Positions 11,101 through 19,127 of a stretch of 64,000 bases of DNA are shown one piece after another. The notes under the pieces are model-generated. The model was not told the DNA's origin. It searched no databases and was given only the letters and a program-made list of their open reading frames with translations. Origin of the DNA: Firmicutes bacterium UBA5449 (lineage in GTDB: Bacteria; Bacillota; SHA-98; UBA4971); contig DIQZ01000035.1 in assembly GCA_002424305.1 (NCBI GenBank), positions 226,335 to 290,334 on the forward strand. The letters run 5' to 3'. Every line of letters starts with the position of its first letter. The first letter of the stretch is position 1. The position numbers and the translations under genes are program-made.

Positions 11101-11371
11101 GAAGCCCGTGGGTGTCCCAGCCACCTTTCCTTGGCACATGATATCCACACATTGTCCGGTATCTGGGAATAAGGTCCTTCATTACACGAGTGAGCACATG
11201 CCCGGGATGAGGCATAGCGTTTGCAGTAGGCGGACCTTCATAAAATACGAACTTAGGTCCGCCTTCAGTTTTCTTAATCGTTTTCTTAAAAATTTCTTGC
11301 TCTTTCCAGAACTCAAGGATTTCCTCTTCCATTCGAGGCATATTCCTGGATGGGTCAACTTGTTTGAACAT
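8189..11371 (-). CDS. ileS: Isoleucine--tRNA ligase (long form)
   Basis: HIGH motif (PPTANAMPHPGHV), KMSKS motif (KMSKSKGN) and zinc-finger C-terminus. 1060 aa. RBS GAGGAGG. Confidence 0.95.
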   Translation of the reverse strand: MFKQVDPSRNMPRMEEEILEFWKEQEIFKKTIKKTEGGPKFVFYEGPPTANAMPHPGHVLTRVMKDLIPRYRTMCGYHVPRKGGWDTHGLPVELEIEKQLGISGKPQIEEYGVENFIEKCKQSVFRYKREWERMTERVGFWVDLDKAYVTYENYYIESVWWALRKIWDKGLLYKGHKVVPYCPRCGTALSSHEVAQGYHEVEDPSVYVKFELKDEEDTAFLVWTTTPWTLPSNVALAVAEDATYAKIRLTETGHKLILAKELLHSALLEDEAYEVIDEFTGKSLTGLEYEPLFEFEEPEKKAWYVVSADFVTLDDGTGIVHLAPAFGEDDMSASSQHGLPVVQLVDEEGKFVVEVTPWKGMFVKEADPLIIEELNSRGRLYRSEQHAHTYPFCWRCDTPLLYYARTSWFVKTTAVKEALLRNNQAVSWYPQYIKDGRMGNFLENVIDWAVSRERYWGTPLPIWICEKCGKNHCVGSVDELKEMAQELPQRLELHRPYIDQAVLRCPECGGSMYRIKEVIDAWFDSGSMPFAQWHYPFENEDKFKTNFPADFISEAIDQTRGWFYTQLVISTLLFDEPPYKNVLVLGHILDAEGLKMSKSKGNVVDTWEVFNTYGADAFRWYLYTVNPPWNPTRFYLEAVNESQRRFLSTLWNVYSFYVLYANVDEFDPDDYELQPEERGILDKWIISRFNSVVRAVQTELEAYSITPAARAIEEFVDDLSNWYVRRSRRRYWGAEMTQDKIAAYLTLHEILVGLAKLLAPFTPFMAEEIYRNLEAERRDDLPESVHLCSYPVCNEELINIELERNMAVARKLVTLGRAARNKVSIKIRQPLSEMLVVLTDPADKKAVAALEHIIKEELNVKAIRIAEDVGEFVAHRVKPRFDLLGPKYGRLMKDVVAGIESLNPEQVVAMLEDEGSIKVPCGDDTVTVLAEELAIETVEQEGFAIESEGDVVCALNTALSHDLIMEGLAREMVNKIQTMRKEADFNVEDRIGTVFWSDSVVKEACEFHKGYIMDETLSEELIYGGETELSKPSGEHAGKWDINGHVTVISMGRKEEQRNG

Positions 11372-11384
11372 GGCACATCCTCCT

Positions 11385-11700
11385 CAAACTACACCAATAA
11401 TAACAATCTCCCGTCCCCTGAAATCGGGACGGGAGACAATACTCTCGCGGTACCACCCAAATTGGCTGCCTGTGGCAGCCCGCTCATAGGCACAACAAAC
11501 CCAATCCACATCATACCAGGCTGGGAATGCCATACCTCTGTATCGGGAGGACCCGGCCGCGTCTACTCTCTTAGCCTGCCACAAAGGCGGGCCTTGGATT
11601 TCGCGTGGCCACTCCAGGGGGATCTTGGGTGCTCCTAAGCTCCGACTTACACCTGCCTCGGTTCGCTGTAACTCCCGGATGCAACCTACTCGTCCCTATC
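11385..11700 (-). promoter_or_regulatory. T-box riboswitch leader of ileS, with intrinsic terminator
   Basis: The minus-strand sense reads AAUUUGGGUGGUACCGCGAGAG, matching the T-box consensus. Immediately after it comes the hairpin CUCCCGUCCC-GAUUUCAG-GGGACGGGAG plus a U-rich tail. The leader sits upstream of ileS, which is classically T-box regulated in Firmicutes. Confidence 0.75.
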
Positions 11701-11759
11701 ATCGTCTCGATAACATATCTAATTTACCACATTAAGATGTGTAGCATTCTCGCTTACGC

Positions 11760-11975
11760 ATTCAGTTTAGCATAGCGTTCGAGCCCGGTCAACGGGCAAC
11801 ACATGGTCCATAAGTTCTGCCCGGGGTGGCCGGTGCTTGTGTAAGGGGGGCGCCCGGAATTTGGCAAGTATATGGACGGGCCAAATTCGATCGAGGCGCG
11901 CCGCAAGTGCGCCGTCCCCCGAACGCAACACGGGACATGCCAGGCAGGAAAAGTGACCCAAATCAGTAGAACACG
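11760..11975 (-). ncRNA. Candidate structured non-coding RNA of unknown class. It is GC-rich (about 60 percent versus about 48 percent background) and contains several perfect hairpins.
   Basis: Stems seen directly: GAATTTGGC...GCCAAATTC (9 bp), GCCCG-GTCAA-CGGGC, GGCGC...GCGCC and GTCCC...GGGAC. The overlapping ORFs in this region are short and lie in conflicting frames. Strand and boundaries are uncertain. Confidence 0.3.
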
Positions 11976-11976
11976 C

Positions 11977-12162
11977 TTAGTCTCCTGAGCCTTTTCTAAA
12001 AGGCGCCCTCTTAATAAATGGAAGTTTCGGGGTTTCATGTATTATGACCTCTGCCGGACCGGGCATCAACTGTTGTTGGCACTTCTCGCATTTTTCCGCT
12101 GAATCCGGATTCACAGCCCCACAATTGGGACATTGAATCACAAGAGACACCCCCTTCAACAC
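11977..12162 (-). CDS. Small zinc-ribbon protein (CPNCG...CEKC)
   Basis: Two CxxC pairs. The RBS AAGGGGG precedes an in-frame GTG. The gene follows a hairpin after the upstream gene. Confidence 0.4.
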   Translation of the reverse strand: MLKGVSLVIQCPNCGAVNPDSAEKCEKCQQQLMPGPAEVIIHETPKLPFIKRAPFRKGSGD

Positions 12163-12253
12163 TTCTGATTTCTACATCAGACAGTATATGCCTAAGGAGT
12201 ATCTTGTGACACCCGGAACCTAACCCGGGACTTCTCATACCGAACTTGTCCCA

Positions 12254-13009
12254 CTATTTCATAGCGCTTACCTGAATCATAGTAATGATTTTGGAGTCGT
12301 CAGCGCTGCCACTATAGGTTACCATTTCCGATGCGTCCAGCTTCACAATGCTCCCAAGAGCCAGATAGAACGTACCCGTAGAGACATACGTATAGTCTTG
12401 CTTGTTATCCTGACCCTTACCGACAATTTCGTAACCAATCTTGTATGCGTTGGCTGTCCCCCAAGGTTCCACTCCAAGAAACCGATATGCACGTTTCTCA
12501 AACGTCTGATCCCCGGTGGTTTTTGAGAAAAACGCATCATTCATAGTCCACGTATCCCCTGGTTCAACAGGATATTCAGGTAGGAGCGCCTGAGCCAGCC
12601 ACATAGTCTCAATACGCCGCCCGTCCCAAGGTTTGAGGCCTTTTACCCCGAGAATACGGCCTGTTTTATCAGTAGTCAAGTAGTATCCTGAAGGCTCCAA
12701 CCTCCTAATTTCTCCACCTACAGGAGTAACAGTGCCTACACACACAACAGCCCGTAAGGCCTTACCGTTTTCCACAGGCGTTTTCTGCACCTTGAAATCT
12801 TCTCTATAAAGATTTGTTATTCTTTGTCCGTCGAGGTATGAAGTTTCACTTATGAGAACCTGATACGTGTTGGTCTCATCTGATGAGGTATCAAACTCCA
12901 AAACGGTCTTAGGCGAATTCTCAGCAGAAACACTGCACCGTAAGATCAGTAAGTCTACTATGGTAATACACAAGACCAAGGACAAGCCCACAACGAACAT
13001 AGAATTCAT
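12254..13009 (-). CDS. Hypothetical exported protein
   Basis: Signal/TM MNSMFVVGLSLVLCITIVDLLIL followed by a soluble domain. No family was recognised. Confidence 0.55.
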   Translation of the reverse strand: MNSMFVVGLSLVLCITIVDLLILRCSVSAENSPKTVLEFDTSSDETNTYQVLISETSYLDGQRITNLYREDFKVQKTPVENGKALRAVVCVGTVTPVGGEIRRLEPSGYYLTTDKTGRILGVKGLKPWDGRRIETMWLAQALLPEYPVEPGDTWTMNDAFFSKTTGDQTFEKRAYRFLGVEPWGTANAYKIGYEIVGKGQDNKQDYTYVSTGTFYLALGSIVKLDASEMVTYSGSADDSKIITMIQVSAMK

Positions 13010-13261
13010 CCCTGCCCTCGTCTTATTTCGCCTTGATTGAGTGTTCCTGATATACGTGATAAGATCCACAAAGATGCCCCCTTTTATCGGGTGGCCCCAT
13101 TTCAGGTTTCAAGAAGCGAAATAAAACCTCAAGTAAACCCTTATGTGACCATATGCAGGATCCTCATTCTCGTACCCTTTATGCCTATAGATTATACAGT
13201 ACTTTCAGCAAAAATGAAGGTATTCCTACTTATCATAGGTGGCAGGTTCGGAGACTAATAT

Positions 13262-13305
13262 AGAAATGTCAGCGCTACGGCGTTTCTCATAGCGCTGACA
13301 TTTCC
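13262..13305. terminator. Hairpin with a 14-bp stem (AAATGTCAGCGCTA...TAGCGCTGACATTT) downstream of hydA. Probable operon terminator, possibly bidirectional.
   Basis: A perfect inverted repeat is seen directly. Its position is about 60-100 nt after the hydA stop. Confidence 0.5.
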
Positions 13306-13367
13306 TTCTTACGGGCTAACCGAATCTCTCAACCGACAAAACGTACAAGGCCCGGGCTTGGACAGGC

Positions 13368-15092
13368 TTAGACTCGGGATCGGGGAACATAGTGCGTGTG
13401 AAGAAGCTCATGAGACTTCTCCCCCAAAGGCTCCCCAAGAAACTCTTTGTATAGTTCTTGGACTTGGGGGTTCAGGTGAGATTTGCGAAGCGGCATATTC
13501 CTGTCTTCTTCATATATTGCGCTAATTCGCTTCAGTCTTGTCTCTCGGTCAGTTGGTATAGGCTGTCCGCCTCCACCGATACACCCGCCGGGACATGCCA
13601 TTATTTCAACAAAGTGATAATCAGCATCACCCTTAGAAATCCTTTCCAGAAGTTGCCTTGCATTCTTCAGTCCATTGGTAACTGCGACGTTAACCACAGT
13701 GCCATTTATGTCTACTTGTGCTTCCTTGCAGCCTTCAATACCCCTGACATCCTCAAAATCAATGTTCTCTAACTCACTGTCAGTGACTACTTCGTACACA
13801 GTCCTTAGGGCAGCTTCCATCACACCGCCTGACGCCCCGAAAATAACGGCTGCACCTGTCGACATACCAAGAGGATCATCGTAATCTTCAGCAGGCAACG
13901 ATGGGAAGTCAATCCCCGCCTCTCGTATCATCCGTCCAAGTTCTCTTGTTGTAAGAACAGCGTCTATATCAGGATAGCCACTGGATGTCATCTCCGGTCT
14001 CTTGGCTTCAAACTTCTTTGCAGTGCACGGCATTATGGATACAACGTAGATATCTTTCGGATCAATACCGGCTTTTTCTGCATAATAAGTCTTGGCAAGA
14101 GCGCCAAACATCTGCTGAGGTGACTTACATGTAGATACATGTGGGAGTAGGTCGGGAAAGAAATGCTCAATAAACTTAATCCAGCCCGGACTGCATGAAG
14201 TAATAAGAGGCAATACCCCTCCGGCCTTCAACCGCTCCAGCAGTTCATATCCTTCCTCCATAATAGTCAGGTCAGCCGTGAAGTCAGTATCAAAAACCTT
14301 ATCGAACCCAAGCCTTCTCAAGGCTGCCACCATTTGGCCTGTGACTCTCGAGCCGGCAGGCATACCCAGCTCTTCACCGATACTTGCTCTTACCGCAGGC
14401 GCAGTTTGAACCACCACATGCTTAGTGGGATCTGCTAACGCAGCCCAGACATATTCAGTGGCATCACTTTCTGTCAAAGCGCCTACAGGACATGCAAGAA
14501 CACACTGACCGCACATAGTGCAAACTGCTTCCATGAGATCATCAGCAAACGCAGGGCCGACCATTGTGTCAAACCCTCTGTCATTGGGCGCCAGCGCGCA
14601 CACTGATTGCGTATCCTGGCAAACACTTACGCATCGCCTGCAGAGGATACATTTGTTAGGATCTCTGACAATCGAGGGGCTTGAAGAATCTACGGGAAAC
14701 TTGTGTTTCTCTCCCTCATACTCGATCTCACGTATGTTGAACCTATCTGCAAGCGCCTGAAGCTCGCAGTTTCCACTTCGTTCGCAAGTCAGACACTCAT
14801 AAGGATGGTTAGATATGATAAGCTCCAGTACAGTCCTTCTGGCTTCACGCACAGCAGGAGTATTAGTCCTAACTACCATCCCGTCTGAGGCCGGAGCAAC
14901 ACATGCAGCTTGCAGAGATTTGGCTCCTTCCACTTCGACTACGCAAACCCGGCAGACTCCCACAACGTTAGTGTCTTTCAAGTAACAGAGAGTAGGTATA
15001 TCTACCCCGGCTGCATGCGCCGCATCAAGAATCGTTGAACCGGCGGGCACTTGAACCTTATTGCCATCTATAGTTACAGTAAGCATATCCAT
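13368..15092 (-). CDS. hydA: [FeFe] hydrogenase catalytic subunit HydA (group A, multi-cluster form)
   Basis: N-terminal 2Fe-2S ferredoxin fold, additional FeS cysteine clusters, and H-cluster motifs TSCSPGW, MPCTAKKFE and EIMACPGGCIGGGGQP. Confidence 0.9.
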   Translation of the reverse strand: MDMLTVTIDGNKVQVPAGSTILDAAHAAGVDIPTLCYLKDTNVVGVCRVCVVEVEGAKSLQAACVAPASDGMVVRTNTPAVREARRTVLELIISNHPYECLTCERSGNCELQALADRFNIREIEYEGEKHKFPVDSSSPSIVRDPNKCILCRRCVSVCQDTQSVCALAPNDRGFDTMVGPAFADDLMEAVCTMCGQCVLACPVGALTESDATEYVWAALADPTKHVVVQTAPAVRASIGEELGMPAGSRVTGQMVAALRRLGFDKVFDTDFTADLTIMEEGYELLERLKAGGVLPLITSCSPGWIKFIEHFFPDLLPHVSTCKSPQQMFGALAKTYYAEKAGIDPKDIYVVSIMPCTAKKFEAKRPEMTSSGYPDIDAVLTTRELGRMIREAGIDFPSLPAEDYDDPLGMSTGAAVIFGASGGVMEAALRTVYEVVTDSELENIDFEDVRGIEGCKEAQVDINGTVVNVAVTNGLKNARQLLERISKGDADYHFVEIMACPGGCIGGGGQPIPTDRETRLKRISAIYEEDRNMPLRKSHLNPQVQELYKEFLGEPLGEKSHELLHTHYVPRSRV

Positions 15093-15112
15093 CCTGGTTC
15101 ACGCTCCATTCT

Positions 15113-18100
15113 TTAGTCCTTCACGTCGCACCGGAGACATCGCGAAGCTTCAAAAATTGCTTGAGGCTCACTGAACTTATCAACTACCTCATTGAAGTTG
15201 CCATGCCTCTGGTTTACCGGTAGCACACCTGGATGTTGCCTTGGCATCTGCTCCTCATGGATTTCTCCCACCTGTTCCCGACCAAGGTCAGGACTTACAG
15301 GGATCTCCCCGGTTCCGCCAAGGTACTTGCCAATTTCTATTGCAGCGCGTCTGCCGTCTGCAATCGCCTGAATTACAGTATCAGGCCCGTGCACACAGTC
15401 ACCGCCTGCAAATACGCCAGGTTCACCGGTGGTGAGAGTCCTTGTGTCTGTAACTATCGTAGACCATCTTGTAGTCTCAATCCCGGATCTGCCCGGTAGG
15501 AGAGACATATCCGGCCTCTGGCTTATGGCGGAAATAACCATATCTACATCAACAACAAAATTCGACGCTTCTACCTCGACAGGACGCCTCCGCCCGCTGC
15601 GGTCAAACTCACCTAAGGACATTCTGACACATTCCATGTTAGTGAGCTTGCCGTCTCTGCCTATCATTTTTGCCGGCACTGTCAGGAAGTGGATTTTGAT
15701 TCCTTCGCGTTCCGCCTCACTTATCTCCCCTTTGTCAGCAGGCATGTCTTCTCGCTGACGTCTGTATATAACGTGAACTTCACCCGAGCCAAGACGAAGA
15801 GCGGTTCTGGCGGCATCTATAGCAGCGTTACCTCCGCCTATGACTGCAACTTTCTTGCCAACCTTCGGGTTTTTGCCGAGGCTGACGTCTTGGAGAAACT
15901 CAACAGCGCCCACCACACCACACAAGTCCTCCCCCGGCACGCCAAGCTTCTGGCTTACGTTGGCTCCGACAGCAATGAGAATGGCTTTGTATCCGTCAGT
16001 CCTCAAGTCATCAATGGTAACATCTTTACCTACCGCAACCCCTGTACGTATCCGGACCCCGGTTCTCTCAATATAGTCGATTTCCGCACGTAGAATATCT
16101 TTGGGCAGTCTATATTCTGGGATTCCGATTAACAACATGCCACCCGGTTCCGGTAAGGCTTCAAATACTGTGACCTCATATCCCATCTGAGCCAAATAGT
16201 AAGCTGCGGTAAGGCCACAAGGACCTGAACCCACAATTGCCACCTTCGCATTTTTTATGACTTCAGGCTTCTCAACCGGGATTGGATTCAGGAGTTCATA
16301 GTCGGCAGCAAACCTCTTCAACTCGCATATAGCAAGGGCCTGATCAAGTTGAGCTCTTCTGCATTTACCTTCACACGGATGGGTGCAAACCCTACCACAC
16401 ACCGCAGGAAACGGATTCTTCTCTTTTATGAGCTTTACTGCCTCCTGATATCTCTTTTGTGTTATCAGGTTGATGTACCTCGGCACATCAACATCAGCAG
16501 GACATGCATTCTGGCAAGGGGACTCAAACAGAGTAGCGCATACAGAGGCCGGACACTTCCTGTCCCTGATATGAGCCTCGTACTCGTCCCTAAAATAGCG
16601 TATAGTGGTGAGGACAGGAGTCGGAGCTGTCTGACCTAAGCCACAGAGAGCCGTCTCTTTGATCCATGTTCCAAGCTTAATCAGACGCTCAATATCGCCT
16701 TCACGCCCCTCGCCCCGGGTGATTCTGGTTAGAATCTCCAGCATCCTCTTTGTGCCTATCCGACACGGGGCACACTTACCACAGGATTCATCCTGGGTAA
16801 ACTCTAAGAAGAACCTGGCAAGGTCAACCATACATGTGTCTTCATCCATGACAACGAGACCGCCGGACCCCATGATCGTACCGAGCTTTGTAAGGGACTC
16901 ATAATCCATGGGTGTGTTAAGAAATTCCGCAGGAACACATCCGCCTGAAGGTCCTCCGGTCTGCGCAGCCTTATACTTCTTGCCATCGGGGATTCCTCCG
17001 CCGATGTCGAAGACTACTTCTCCCAGAGGCGTCCCCATAGGGACTTCGACAAGGCCTGTATTGTTTATTTTGCCTGCAAGAGCAAATACTTTTGTGCCCT
17101 TACTCTTCTCAGTTCCGATGCCCGCAAACCACTCCGGGCCTCTTAGAATTATCTGGGGAATATTAGCGTAGGTCTCTACGTTGTTGAGAAGGGTCGGTCT
17201 CCCCCACAGCCCTTTGCTGGCAGGAAAAGGAGGCCTTGGCCTCGGCTCTCCGCGTCTTCCCTCCACTGAGGCAAGGAGAGCTGTCTCCTCACCGCATACA
17301 AAGGCACCTGCTCCAACCCTTATATCCATGTTAAACTCAAAGCCTTTGCCAAGAATATCCTTACCAAGAAGCCCATACTCTCTGGCCTGGCTTATAGCGT
17401 GGGTAAGATGAGCGACTGCCAAGGGATATTCAGCCCTGACATAGACGTACCCTTGATTTGCTCCGACAGTATACCCTGCAATTGCCATGGCCTCAATTAT
17501 GGCATGAGGATCTCCTTCGATTATGCTTCTGTCCATGAACGCGCCGGGGTCACCCTCGTCAGCATTACAAACCACATACTTTTTGTCTGACTTCGCTCGC
17601 CTGGTGAAGTCCCACTTCAAGCCGGTGGGGAACCCTGCTCCCCCTCTACCGCGAAGGCCTGCACTCTTTAGAACATTTATTACATCCTCCGGTGTCATTT
17701 CAGTGACGACCTTAGCAAGAGCTGCATACCCGTCTTCAGCTATGTACTCTTCAATATTCAAAGGGTCAATCTTACCCGTGTTGCGAAGAGCAACTCTAAC
17801 CTGTCTGCTGAAGAAGGTCATATCGGAATACGTAGGAACTTTTTGCCTTGTATCCGGAGTCACGTAGAGAAGCCTGTCAACAATTCTACCTTTAAGGAGG
17901 TGTTCCGTAACTATTGAACGGGCATCTTCCGGTTTTAGATTTCTGTAGAGAACCCCTTCCGGGTAGACAATAATGATAGGACCCAGCTCGCAAGGACCCA
18001 TGCACCCTGTAACAATAATTTTGATTTCGTCGGTGAGACCTTGCTTGGCGATTTCATCAGCAAGAGCCTGTTCAACATCTTTGCATCCTGACGAGGCGCA

Positions 18101-18145
18101 ACCTGCCCCGCCACAAACGAGAACATGTGTCCGATAGGCACCCAT
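15113..18145 (-). CDS. hydB: HydB-like NADH/FMN subunit (NuoF family) with an N-terminal NuoE-like 2Fe-2S domain. The C-terminus is fused to a GltD/NfnB-like FAD/NADPH oxidoreductase module.
   Basis: GLRGRGGAGFPTGLKW (NuoF SLBB/FMN site) and a CxxCxxC 4Fe-4S motif. The C-terminal half has CxxxCxxxCP...CGRVCTHPCEGKC plus two Rossmann motifs (VAIVGSGPCGLTAA and VAVIGGGNAAIDAA), typical of glutamate synthase small-chain homologs. The likely start is ATG at 18145 (RBS AAGGAGG). The ORF track extends to 18187. Confidence 0.85.
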   Translation of the reverse strand: MGAYRTHVLVCGGAGCASSGCKDVEQALADEIAKQGLTDEIKIIVTGCMGPCELGPIIIVYPEGVLYRNLKPEDARSIVTEHLLKGRIVDRLLYVTPDTRQKVPTYSDMTFFSRQVRVALRNTGKIDPLNIEEYIAEDGYAALAKVVTEMTPEDVINVLKSAGLRGRGGAGFPTGLKWDFTRRAKSDKKYVVCNADEGDPGAFMDRSIIEGDPHAIIEAMAIAGYTVGANQGYVYVRAEYPLAVAHLTHAISQAREYGLLGKDILGKGFEFNMDIRVGAGAFVCGEETALLASVEGRRGEPRPRPPFPASKGLWGRPTLLNNVETYANIPQIILRGPEWFAGIGTEKSKGTKVFALAGKINNTGLVEVPMGTPLGEVVFDIGGGIPDGKKYKAAQTGGPSGGCVPAEFLNTPMDYESLTKLGTIMGSGGLVVMDEDTCMVDLARFFLEFTQDESCGKCAPCRIGTKRMLEILTRITRGEGREGDIERLIKLGTWIKETALCGLGQTAPTPVLTTIRYFRDEYEAHIRDRKCPASVCATLFESPCQNACPADVDVPRYINLITQKRYQEAVKLIKEKNPFPAVCGRVCTHPCEGKCRRAQLDQALAICELKRFAADYELLNPIPVEKPEVIKNAKVAIVGSGPCGLTAAYYLAQMGYEVTVFEALPEPGGMLLIGIPEYRLPKDILRAEIDYIERTGVRIRTGVAVGKDVTIDDLRTDGYKAILIAVGANVSQKLGVPGEDLCGVVGAVEFLQDVSLGKNPKVGKKVAVIGGGNAAIDAARTALRLGSGEVHVIYRRQREDMPADKGEISEAEREGIKIHFLTVPAKMIGRDGKLTNMECVRMSLGEFDRSGRRRPVEVEASNFVVDVDMVISAISQRPDMSLLPGRSGIETTRWSTIVTDTRTLTTGEPGVFAGGDCVHGPDTVIQAIADGRRAAIEIGKYLGGTGEIPVSPDLGREQVGEIHEEQMPRQHPGVLPVNQRHGNFNEVVDKFSEPQAIFEASRCLRCDVKD

Positions 18146-18222
18146 GCTACCAAGCCTCCTTATCCTGAAACAACCACACAAATTCAAATCGGCGTTTCAA
18201 GCTCATGCATAAGATCACATCA

Positions 18223-18717
18223 TCACTCATACTTGTCCAAGATAACCTTTATCTGATCTGATTTAACCCTTGCATATATGTCCTCATTGACTCTGACAAC
18301 AGGTCCAAGACCGCAAGCCCCCATACACCTGACAATCTCCACTGAAAATCTCCCGTCATCGGTAGTGTCTTCCCCCTTGACCCCCAGGTCTTCTCCGAGT
18401 TTCTCCATGATGGCGTCAACACCCTTGACATAACATGCCGTTCCCTTGCAAACGCTGATAACGTTCCTCCCCTTAGGCTTTAACGAGAACAACGCGTAAA
18501 ATGTAACAACACTGTAAACCTCACTAAGAGGGATATCCAGTCCCTCAGCAATCATGACCTGGATTTCTCTGGGAAGATAACCTACTACCTGCTGGGCTTC
18601 ATGCAAGACTTGAATCAAGACACCGGATTTACCTTCATAATAGTCGATTATCTCCCTGACCTTCTCTCTCTGTTCATCGGTAATTTCGCCAATGCATGTA
18701 CACGTCTCACAAGCCAT
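18223..18717 (-). CDS. hydC: HydC, NuoE-like thioredoxin-fold [2Fe-2S] subunit
   Basis: CKGTACYVKG...CMGACGLGPV motifs. 164 aa. RBS AGGAGGAATAGG. Confidence 0.85.
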   Translation of the reverse strand: MACETCTCIGEITDEQREKVREIIDYYEGKSGVLIQVLHEAQQVVGYLPREIQVMIAEGLDIPLSEVYSVVTFYALFSLKPKGRNVISVCKGTACYVKGVDAIMEKLGEDLGVKGEDTTDDGRFSVEIVRCMGACGLGPVVRVNEDIYARVKSDQIKVILDKYE

Positions 18718-18792
18718 ATACCTATTCCTCCTTACCGATCCTCAACCGTAAGTGGGGGCTGCATTCACTACCGAAAACTATAACCTATGTAT

Positions 18793-18808
18793 TGCAACAA
18801 TCATGCCA
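18793..18808 (-). promoter_or_regulatory. Sigma-54 (-24/-12) promoter TGGCATGATTGTTGCA upstream of hydC
   Basis: The reverse complement of 18793-18808 reads TGGCAT-N5-TTGCA, with exact GG-N10-GC spacing. It lies about 75 nt upstream of the hydC ATG. The adjacent gene encodes a sigma-54 activator. Confidence 0.6.
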
Positions 18809-19127
18809 CTCTACATGGCATTAGGAATATTGTCGTCAAACCCTTGTGAAAGACGTCACAAAGTCAATTATCATCCATGCAAAAGAGACAAACTCAACCT
18901 CAGGTTAATGCACTATTGCATTATTCTTGTAGAATTTTCCACCATATGCGCAAGTTTACTACTTTTGGGAGAACTCTATTCCATATTGAATTTAGATGCT
19001 TATTGTTTGTTTTGGCTTGAAGCTGGAAAAGGAGGTTGTCTTGGTCCGTTTACATCTTGACGACATAACACAGAGCCCACGAAAACGGCATAGAATGCAA
19101 GGTTGCATTGCTTAATGCCAACGCGCA

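Noticed and set aside
11760-11975. Assignment of the GC-rich block to tmRNA, SRP RNA, 6S RNA or RNase P
   Set aside because: None of their conserved blocks is present: the tmRNA tag/T-arm, SRP GGAAGGAAGCAGC, or RNase P GGAAAGUCC. RNase P was found elsewhere in the window.
11754-12238. Three overlapping minus-strand ORFs (11754..12038, 11977..12162, 12035..12238) considered as a single frameshifted pseudogene
   Set aside because: No recognisable protein family spans the frames. Only the zinc-ribbon ORF has an RBS. The rest coincides with GC-rich hairpins and is better explained as structured RNA.
13037-13258. ORF 13037..13258 (+) 73 aa in the hydA downstream intergenic region
   Set aside because: It has no RBS. 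It sits between an upstream gene start and a strong terminator hairpin, so it is likely non-coding.
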